Source: a virus. From it: a DNA stretch of 64,000 nt. Shown in pieces: positions 46,891 to 55,400 of the stretch (position 1 is the stretch's first letter; every line of letters begins with the position of its first letter). The position numbers were made by a program, and so were the translations under genes. The notes below the pieces were generated by a model that worked only from the letters and a program-made list of their open reading frames with translations, was not told the DNA's origin and did not search any database. The stretch is from IMG/VR virus record IMGVR_UViG_3300021440_000014, positions 1 to 64,000 of that record. One strand, written 5' to 3'.

Positions 46891-48698
46891 TAGTCTTTCT
46901 TGATTATAATTTCAAATTTTCCTTTTCCAAAAATCGTTTCTGGCGCAGGAGTTGGATCTACTACGGGTGGGGGTTCCTGTGTTCCTCCAGAAGAAGCGGG
47001 TGGATTTACTCCATAAACATATCTATATCCTGCTGGAATATTTGTTGGCGAAAAATTAGGATTAGAAGGATCGTATGGGGGCCATTTTAGGAAACCGAAA
47101 GAAGAAGGTTTGCTAGTGAGATAAAAGCTATCAGGAATTACTTTGCTAGTAGTATCTACGACATTATTAGGGTGCCAAGTTTGACCTGAGCCAGCTATCG
47201 TATCATTTGTCCTATAGCACCAATTGCCCCATCTAATCATAGTAATCAAAGTAGAAGGATCATAGCTTGTTGCCCCACTTCCTAGGCTATTATAGCCTAT
47301 TTTCCAAATAGAAGAAATAGAACTGCTATAAGGAGCAGGCTCTCCATTAATTAATTCGTAATTTCCCTCTTGGACTTCCGTTCCGCCAAGTAAATTACCA
47401 ATGAAAGACCAATACCAATTACGTCTTTCAACGTCTACTGTCCAAGTTTGTGCGTCATCTGCGCCTCTATCTATCTGGCAAATTCTATTTCTCAACGCAG
47501 TGAAATGAGAGCTTGTTCCCCAATACTCGTCTGCCCTGATACGTCCGCCACTCCAATTTCCTTCTATAAGATTCATCATGGGGTGAGGACCATGCATAAG
47601 CGGGCCAAAGCGTCTCGGGCTATCTCCAGTATTAGACCACCAAATATTTGTAATAAAATTATAGCTGAAAACATTACCAGAAGAGTTACCCTCCCAGCAC
47701 ATACCCATCGTAAGTTTTTCGAGAATATTGTCAGTAATTAAACATGCGGTCGCGTGTGGGCCAAGAAAAGGAGCATAAGATCTATCGCTAATATAAGCTC
47801 CGCTATTATCTGTTCCTACGGGGCGACCCTCATGAATTAAACATCCATTAATTTCGAACCATAGCGCATTATAAACCCAATAAGATCTTCTATCTATACC
47901 TCTCACTTCTATGTTCTTTGTCCAGCAATTAACTGCCCCAAAAACGCCTACGTTGTCTCTAACCCTAACTGGATGACCATTTAGCGACAAATCCTCTGCT
48001 CCAGCATACTCTGTGATTCCTGTCATTTTTACTCCCTGCGGAGAATTTGCGTAGCTCCAGTAAAGAGGGGGACTAAATGTAACGCTTGTTGGAGAAACTA
48101 CTGACGTAATTTTGACAAGTTGACCAACGCATCTTCTGCCTGAGTCTCTACCTACCCAATTAGCAGAACCTAAAGAGCCAGCATGATCCATTGGGGGGTT
48201 TCCGGCTGGCTGCTCTAACATATCAAAAAGAACTAAATCTCCAGTCACCCATCCATGTGCTGTAGTTGTGCTAATTGTATCACTATCTTTAACGGCTGAT
48301 ACTATAGATTTGGCGGGTTGACTCCAACTTTCATCAAAATTATTATCGAAAGAAATAATAGTGCTTCCAGAAAAGGCTGCGGCAGGTTGAAGGATAGTAT
48401 TACTAATTCCCGCCCCCCTCAAAGTAACTTTACTTGGGATTACTAGAGTCGAAGAAAGATTATAAGTTCCAGAAGATAATTGAACTACCTGATTTTGAGG
48501 ACAAGTATCTAATGCCGATTGAATTTCTGCTTTCGTCGCTCCAGCAGCAATAGTTTTAAAAATTACTGTTCTATTGGGGATTCCGCCTCTAACTCCAGCG
48601 TCCCAATTGATTCTATAAGAAGGAGGAAGAATTTCGCTTAAGCAACTGAAAGCGAAAAACATAAAAATAATAAAAATGGTAAATCTGATTTTGTTCAT
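46890..48698 (-). CDS. Signal-peptide-bearing beta-helix protein, paralogue C2
   Basis: MNKIRFTIFIIFMFFAFSCLS signal. IQSALDTCPQNQVVQLSSGTY...VTLRGAG, MHGPHPMMNLIEGN, Pro-rich C-terminal linker. Confidence 0.75.
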   Translation of the reverse strand: MNKIRFTIFIIFMFFAFSCLSEILPPSYRINWDAGVRGGIPNRTVIFKTIAAGATKAEIQSALDTCPQNQVVQLSSGTYNLSSTLVIPSKVTLRGAGISNTILQPAAAFSGSTIISFDNNFDESWSQPAKSIVSAVKDSDTISTTTAHGWVTGDLVLFDMLEQPAGNPPMDHAGSLGSANWVGRDSGRRCVGQLVKITSVVSPTSVTFSPPLYWSYANSPQGVKMTGITEYAGAEDLSLNGHPVRVRDNVGVFGAVNCWTKNIEVRGIDRRSYWVYNALWFEINGCLIHEGRPVGTDNSGAYISDRSYAPFLGPHATACLITDNILEKLTMGMCWEGNSSGNVFSYNFITNIWWSNTGDSPRRFGPLMHGPHPMMNLIEGNWSGGRIRADEYWGTSSHFTALRNRICQIDRGADDAQTWTVDVERRNWYWSFIGNLLGGTEVQEGNYELINGEPAPYSSSISSIWKIGYNSLGSGATSYDPSTLITMIRWGNWCYRTNDTIAGSGQTWHPNNVVDTTSKVIPDSFYLTSKPSSFGFLKWPPYDPSNPNFSPTNIPAGYRYVYGVNPPASSGGTQEPPPVVDPTPAPETIFGKGKFEIIIKKD

Positions 48699-48738
48699 AT
48701 AAGTATTATAATAATTAAAGTATGTAATATATACTTTT

Positions 48739-48744
48739 TTACAC
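48739..48744 (-). promoter_or_regulatory. Putative late promoter GTGTAA
   Basis: Intergenic, upstream of ATG 48698. Confidence 0.6.
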
Positions 48745-48766
48745 TATTTTAGGGATAATCAATAGA

Positions 48767-50596
48767 TTACCTGTCCATAGATTTTATATTAGGTCTTCCT
48801 TTACCATTTATGACTCTAATGTTTCCAGTTGATAGCCCAGATCCAGAACCCCCTCCACCCCCGCCTCCTTCTTGAGGGGGATTCCCTAGTCCAAAAGCTC
48901 TCCAAGCCGCAGGAAGATTAGTAGCAGTATTCATTGCTAAAGATCTAGTAGGATCAAACGGTGGCCAACTTAGCCCAGCAAAATTAGTTGGTTTAGCACT
49001 AAGATAAAATGAGTTAGTTATAGTAGTGTAAGAAGTATCTAAAACGCTGTTCGTGTGCCAAACTTGACCACTACCACTTATGCTATCATTAGTTCTGTAA
49101 GTCCAGCAGCCCCAACGAATTGTATTTGTCCATACATAAGGATCATAATTTGCACTGGTATTGCCTAAACTTTCATAGCCCAACTTCCAAATTGTTGCAG
49201 TTCCTTCTGAAAAAGATTCGCCTAATATGTATTCATAATTGCTTTCGTTGACACCGGGAGCACCACCTGCAACTTCGCCAAGAAACACCCAATTGCGGTT
49301 GTTTCTTTCAATGTCGTAAGTCCAAGCTTGTTGGGCGGGCGAACCTCTATCAACCTGAAGAACTCTATTGCGTAAGCTTACAAAACTATCTGAAGTTCCA
49401 AAGTATTCGTCTGCCCTTGTTCTGCCAGCAAGCCAATTGCCTTCAATAAGGTTTAAAGTAGGGTGAGGTCCGTGCATCAATACTGCAAAGCGGCGAGGAG
49501 GATCAGTGTTTGCGTCCCACCAGATATTAGTAGTATAATTATAAGAAAATACATTACCAGAAGCAGCACCTTCAAAAGATATCGCCATAGTAACCTTTTC
49601 TATCCAATTATCTGTAATTAAACCTGCGGAGCAGTGCGGACCAAGAAACCCACCATAGGCACGTTCGCTAGTATACTGCGCGTCATTATCATTTCCTACC
49701 GGAATACCTCCTTCAATATGGTTTGCTGAAATTGTTGGCCACAAAGCTCCATAAACCCAATATGCTCTAGATTTTATACCTCTTATATGGCACCTAGTAA
49801 CCCAACATTCTATGGCTCCTTGCCATTGAGTATTATGATCTATGGTTAAAGAGCTATTAGCGATAGTTACATCTTCCACTCCAGCCCTGTGAACTAATCC
49901 AGTTATTTTCGCTGACTGAGGGGAATTACTATAGCTACTATAAAAAGGAGGATCTATTTGAAATACAGTAGTAGATACAATATTTGTAATTTTAGATACT
50001 TGACCATTAGGGCGGTTTCCTACCGCCGCTGGTCTTCCGCAGTAATTACAATCTCCAAGTGTCCCTCTATTCCTGATAGGCTTTAAATTAGAAGTATTAG
50101 TAACTTGATCTATTATGACATAATCGCCTGCGCTGTAACCATGAGCCACGGAAGAGGTTGCATTCACGCTACCTTTTACTGGAGTGACTAAATCTCTTAT
50201 TGGTCCACTATCCCAATGGTAGCTATAACCATTATCAAACATTACTATTGTATTTCCTGAAAAAGTAGGAGCATTAGTCAATATAGTTACTCCCATGCCA
50301 GCCCCTCTTAAAGTCACGCCATCTTTACTCATCTCTATACTAGCAGAAAGAGAGTAAACTCCAGCAGATAAAAGGACTACTTGGTTCGATGGACACGCAG
50401 CTATAGCAGCATTAATTGTTGCTGCTGAAGCACCAGATACTATTGTGGTATAAATCGTTTGACGATCTGGAATGCCCCCTCTAACCCCCGGATTCCATTC
50501 TATAATTCTTTCATCTGGAATTATGGGCGAAAAGTTCTGAGATAGAGCATTAAAACAAAATGCTAATATAAATAAAATTGAAAATATTTTTTTCAT
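48767..50596 (-). CDS. Signal-peptide-bearing beta-helix protein, paralogue C1
   Basis: MKKIFSILFILAFCFNALS signal. INAAIAACPSNQVVLLSAGVY...GVTLRGAG, MHGPHPTLNLIEGN, poly-Gly linker near the C-terminus. Confidence 0.75.
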   Translation of the reverse strand: MKKIFSILFILAFCFNALSQNFSPIIPDERIIEWNPGVRGGIPDRQTIYTTIVSGASAATINAAIAACPSNQVVLLSAGVYSLSASIEMSKDGVTLRGAGMGVTILTNAPTFSGNTIVMFDNGYSYHWDSGPIRDLVTPVKGSVNATSSVAHGYSAGDYVIIDQVTNTSNLKPIRNRGTLGDCNYCGRPAAVGNRPNGQVSKITNIVSTTVFQIDPPFYSSYSNSPQSAKITGLVHRAGVEDVTIANSSLTIDHNTQWQGAIECWVTRCHIRGIKSRAYWVYGALWPTISANHIEGGIPVGNDNDAQYTSERAYGGFLGPHCSAGLITDNWIEKVTMAISFEGAASGNVFSYNYTTNIWWDANTDPPRRFAVLMHGPHPTLNLIEGNWLAGRTRADEYFGTSDSFVSLRNRVLQVDRGSPAQQAWTYDIERNNRNWVFLGEVAGGAPGVNESNYEYILGESFSEGTATIWKLGYESLGNTSANYDPYVWTNTIRWGCWTYRTNDSISGSGQVWHTNSVLDTSYTTITNSFYLSAKPTNFAGLSWPPFDPTRSLAMNTATNLPAAWRAFGLGNPPQEGGGGGGGSGSGLSTGNIRVINGKGRPNIKSMDR

Positions 50597-51354
50597 GGTG
50601 CTGACGTGGAATCTCCTACTTGAATTTTATCGTAGATTAATTCCATAATACCTGTAAAGTCTACCCAGCCTATAGCCAGCCAGTTAGCATTTGCTGTTCC
50701 TGTTCCAGTGCTTAAGCTAGTAAAATTATTTCCAGAAGTGGGACGAGAGCCATCTGTAGAGAAACATACTGAAGCAACTCCATTTGCCCCGCTACCCGCA
50801 ACGTATCTAATATAAACATGATAAGTGGTTCCATCAGACATTGTTCCAACAGTAGCAGACGAAGAGGTCGCCCCATGTCTTACTTTCAGTGCCCCGCCAG
50901 ATGTCAATAAAACATCTGCAATCCTACTTTGAGAAGAGTTCCATATTTCTAGCATTTTGGCGTCTCCAGAATTAGGTGTGCTAACTGGTCTTATCATGAA
51001 ATAAAACCATCTTTCTGATCCAGCAGTAAAAGTATTGTATATGAAACTAGAAGCATCACTTGCAGTTAATATTCTTAAAGATTGGCTACCATCTAGAACC
51101 GTAGTAGTATAGTCTTCATTAACTGTTCCTCCTCCAAGGGATTCAGTCCACGCAGGGGAAGTAGTTGAATATCCTGTTCCTTCAAAAGTTTCGTTTAAAA
51201 GAGTAGAAGTAAGTCCTCCGCTACCTCCCCCACCACCACCGCTAGACACTTTATATTTTAATATAGATGAAATAAATGAAACGTTCCTAACCCCAACTGA
51301 ATAAGAAGGCGTAAAAGAAAAAAGAATGAATAATATGATTAAATATTTTTTCAT
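50593..51354 (-). CDS. Signal-peptide-bearing lectin/jelly-roll-like protein, paralogue B1
   Basis: MKKYLIILFILFSFTPSYS signal, poly-Gly linker, then a beta-sandwich homologous to 45002..45775. Confidence 0.65.
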   Translation of the reverse strand: MKKYLIILFILFSFTPSYSVGVRNVSFISSILKYKVSSGGGGGGSGGLTSTLLNETFEGTGYSTTSPAWTESLGGGTVNEDYTTTVLDGSQSLRILTASDASSFIYNTFTAGSERWFYFMIRPVSTPNSGDAKMLEIWNSSQSRIADVLLTSGGALKVRHGATSSSATVGTMSDGTTYHVYIRYVAGSGANGVASVCFSTDGSRPTSGNNFTSLSTGTGTANANWLAIGWVDFTGIMELIYDKIQVGDSTSAP

Positions 51355-52115
51355 TTCCATTCAGAAATAGTTGTATAAACGTTCGTTCCTTCTGCGTCTA
51401 AAGTTAATATATAAGTTATCGAATTCGTAAGAGTAGACCAAATAGGAGAGTTGACGTTTGTATAAAAATAAGTTGCAAAACTAGGTCCACCTAAAGTAGG
51501 ATAAACTACAGTTCTGTTTACAAGTTGAGGTTTTATATATATAACTTTTGTTTTGCTTGTGCCAGCCTGCAAACCAGTTACATTCGTTATACTTATGTTA
51601 TTAGTAAGATACCAAGTCTCTGTTGGGACTTCCAAGTTTACTGTTAAATTACTGTTTACAGTGCTATTCGTGGCAACGTTTATAGTCGTTAAATTTTGAT
51701 ATATTTCCTGATGTGAATCTATCCAAAAAGTAGTTCCATTATATCTCATTGTGAACCAATTAGTTGACGGAGCCGCAGACATAAATGGAGTCGTAAAATT
51801 AGGCCCATTTGTAGGGAAATAAGCTATAGTAGAGTTGGTATTAACTACCTCTAAAACTATCGAGGCATAAGTTGATCCCGAACTTGGAACATTCGTCCAA
51901 GAAATAGAGAAATCATTACTCGGAGTAGCTCGGTAGTAATTCGTATTCCAACTGAGTAATACGTTTGTCGTATTGCCCAAATCAACCTGAGAATTTCTAA
52001 GTGCCGTTGGGACTAATTTTCTAGTAGAAGAATCGTATATTACAGTATTATATGTTGCCGCAAAAATAGAATTAAGCGTCAAAAAAAACAAGCAAATTAT
52101 TAATATTTTTTTCAT
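51351..52115 (-). CDS. Signal-peptide-bearing tail-fibre-like protein, paralogue A1
   Basis: MKKILIICLFFLTLNSIFA signal. Two tandem small beta domains, TN-rich. Confidence 0.65.
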   Translation of the reverse strand: MKKILIICLFFLTLNSIFAATYNTVIYDSSTRKLVPTALRNSQVDLGNTTNVLLSWNTNYYRATPSNDFSISWTNVPSSGSTYASIVLEVVNTNSTIAYFPTNGPNFTTPFMSAAPSTNWFTMRYNGTTFWIDSHQEIYQNLTTINVATNSTVNSNLTVNLEVPTETWYLTNNISITNVTGLQAGTSKTKVIYIKPQLVNRTVVYPTLGGPSFATYFYTNVNSPIWSTLTNSITYILTLDAEGTNVYTTISEWK

Positions 52116-52438
52116 TAAGAAACGTCCTCAATTACAGCGAAAATAAAATTATTTCCGGGTGGAAAAGTCATTTGGTTAGAGTCAGGAAAAGTTACCAAAA
52201 ACTCACCTTCATAAAAACCTTTTACAGATGTATCTCCAGAAACCCATGAATATTGGGCTATTCCCTGAGATGCGTCATAAACAGAGCCAGTCCTAGTAAT
52301 TATATCTCCAGAAGGGCGCAATTTATAATTAAAATTGACCAAGCAACCAGAGAGGTTAATGTTCTCTTCATTAGAGTCCTGTAGTTGAACTCTTAATACA
52401 GGGAGCACGTCCCCCTTTTTTAAATAAAAATCTATCAT
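52115..52438 (-). CDS. BppU N-terminal-like (fibre-anchoring Ig-like) protein
   Basis: FYLKKGD...LRVQLQD...INLSG...DASQGIAQYSW..GDT...G.YEGEF.VTF.D....TFP is the BppU_N-type pattern. Confidence 0.7.
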   Translation of the reverse strand: MIDFYLKKGDVLPVLRVQLQDSNEENINLSGCLVNFNYKLRPSGDIITRTGSVYDASQGIAQYSWVSGDTSVKGFYEGEFLVTFPDSNQMTFPPGNNFIFAVIEDVS

Positions 52439-52446
52439 AAAATATT

Positions 52447-52452
52447 TTACAC
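52447..52452 (-). promoter_or_regulatory. Putative late promoter GTGTAA
   Basis: Fits in a 14-bp intergenic gap, 8 nt upstream of the ATG. Confidence 0.65.
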
Positions 52453-55400
52453 TTATAACTTCCTAATAACTGTCCTGCTATCCGAATACGGACTCTTTAT
52501 GGTTATAAAATTACCAGCATTTTTAATCTTTGGATTTAAATTCGCATTAGAGTTTTTTATAATTATAGAACTTGAAGGAGCGACAAAAATCCTTGCTCTT
52601 GCAGACTGATGAACAGAAGAATAAGGTGCAGAACCAATAAGAGCTTTACCTGAAATGCTCTTGTCCAAAGATTTTCTAATTCTTGCAATCGCATTAATAT
52701 ATTTCTGAGCAACTAATGAAACTCTAGCTCTAGCAAGTATATTTTTGAAATTAGCATTCGCGATACTAGAAACAGCAAATTGATTTCTAAATACAGATCT
52801 AGATACTCTAGCAATAGAATTAATATTTTTCTGCGAAGAAATTTTAATCCTTGCGATTGCTAACTGATTCTTTAAGTAAAGAACTGATATAGAAGCCCTT
52901 GAAGACTGATTATAAGAGCTTGTTCTTGTTACTCTTGCTAACGATTGCTGGTTTTTAGCCAACGTAGCCGCAATCCTAGCTCTACCAGAGATAGACTGAA
53001 CCTGTAACGCGCTTCCAATTCTAGCAATACCAGATATATTTAAGCTATTCGTTTTACGTATCCTAGATATAGCCTGAATATTTTGAGCAGAAGATATATA
53101 AATAGAGCTTCTTGCGCTAATATTCTGAGAATAAGTTCTAGAAATTCTTGATACAGCATTTAAATTCTTCTGAGCCGAAGAAGTTATTCTTGCTCTAGCT
53201 GTAATTGAGTTTTGCTGTAATGCTGAACCGATTCGAGATACAGCAGAAATATTGTAACCTAAAGATTTAGATAACCTAGAGATAGCCTGAATATTATAGC
53301 TATTTGTTTTTGATACTCTGGATAAAGCAGATTGATTTTTATCAAAAGTTCTCTTTACTCTTGATAAAGCCTGAATATTTTGCTGTCTTACAGCAGTAAT
53401 GCGCGAAACAGAGCTTATATTAGCCGTATTCTGCTTTTGTATCCTAGATACAGAAGAGATATTTCTATTATATGTAGCTTTAACTCTCGATACGCCACTT
53501 ATGCTATAACTAGAGCTATTTTTAATTCTAGCTATACCTTGTTGGTTTTTCGAGGCAGAAGGATTGCCGATATAAGCTCTACCAGAAATACTAGAGAACC
53601 CAATGCTGTCTTGAGAAACTCTTAATGTTACCGTATCTCCCTCTAGGACAAGATAAATTCTATGATACGTTCCATCATCGGGGCAATATAGTATTACGTC
53701 ATTTCTATAGGGGCTTGAAGTCTCCGTTTGATTTATAGAAACGAATACATTATTAGAGTCTGATTCGTCCGCGAAAACATTGTAAGCTTTAGCGGAATCT
53801 TGGCAGAACAAGTTCCAGTTTAAAGCCGCAGAAGGAGGATTAGACTGATATTGGTCTATGTTTAATGTATAAACTCCATCCTGAGTTCTTAATCTTAGGG
53901 CATACCAGTTACTAGAATTTCCTAAAATTAAAACATCTGTGGAGTCCGCATTTTTAATTACTCTTGCTACCGACTGCTGATAAACGGAGCTAGGAGTTCC
54001 ACTCGAAATATATGCTCTGGCCTGCTGAGTCTTATTAACTTGACCTCTTATGTTAGAAGTTCCAGAAATACTTCTGTCTATAGCTGCTGTTCCAATCCTA
54101 GCGACAGCCTGAATGCTCTTTATAGCTGGGGCTTTAACATTCGCTAAAGACTGAATATTTTTGCTATAAGAAACTTTTATTCTAGATATAGAGCTTTGAT
54201 TTTTGCTGCTCGTTAAAGATATCCTAGATATAGCCTGTTGGAATTTTAAGCTGGAATTGGATATTCTTGCTCTTCCTTGAATATTATTCTGTTTTGCGGA
54301 AGTTATTCTTGAAACAGATTGAATATTATAATTAGAAGCTTTCGATAATCTAGATATAGCAGATTGATTTTTCGAGAACGAAGCAGAAATTCTAGCAATC
54401 GACTGCTGATTCTTGGATATAGATATTTTTATCCTAGAAATGGCTTGAATACTATACAGCCTAGAATTGGCGACACGCGCCAAAGCCTGTATATTATTAT
54501 TACCTTTAGTCGCTGTTATTCTGGCTATACCTTGCTGATTTTTGGAAACAGAAGAGGTTATTCTAGAAACGGACTGAATATTATAAAGCTTAGAATTAAC
54601 AACTCTCGATATAGATTGTATGTTGTTATTATTCTTTGTGGCTGTTATTCTGGATAGAGCCTGCTGATTCTTTTGAGTAGAAATGAATATTCTAGAAACA
54701 GATTGGATATTATAAAATCTAGCATTGACTATTCTTGCCGTGCTCTGGATGAAATAGTTTTTACCAGAAGTAATTCTTGATATCGCTTGTTGATTTTTAT
54801 TTAGTGAATTTCTAACGGAAGAAATAGACTGAATAAATTTTTGGCCAGACGCAGTAATCTTAGCGACAGAAGATATATTCTTGAATAAACTATTACTAAT
54901 TCTAGCTCTTGCTTGCTGGAAATTATTAGTTTTAGCAGACGTTATTCTTGAGACTGCACTTAAATTATAATTACGACCAACGGAAATCCTAGAAATACCC
55001 TGTTGGTTCTTCTGAAAACTATTAGATATCTTAGCGATACCCTGAATACTTTTATTATTAGATACTGTTATCCTTGATCTTCCAGATATAGAATAATCTA
55101 AAGTTTTCGAAACCCTAGCCAAAGATTGCTGGTTCTTCTGATTGGCTATGTAAATTCTAGATATCGACTGGATATTTTTCGCTGAAGAATTTGACAGTCT
55201 AGATACAGAAGAAATATTATACTGACTACTTCTACTTACTCTAGAAATAGCCTGTATATTATAAAATTTAGATAAAGATATTCTTGATATCGCCTGCTGA
55301 TTTATAAAAGAAGATTTATAAATTCTGGCAACAGACTGTATATTTTTGGATACACTTGACTGAATTCTAGCTTTAGCTTGCTGATCCGCAGAGTCTACAA

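Noticed and set aside
43092-50596. Diversity-generating retroelement template/variable repeats among the similar beta-helix genes
   Set aside because: Shared DNA stretches are short and differ at synonymous positions of all bases, not only adenines. No reverse transcriptase in the window.
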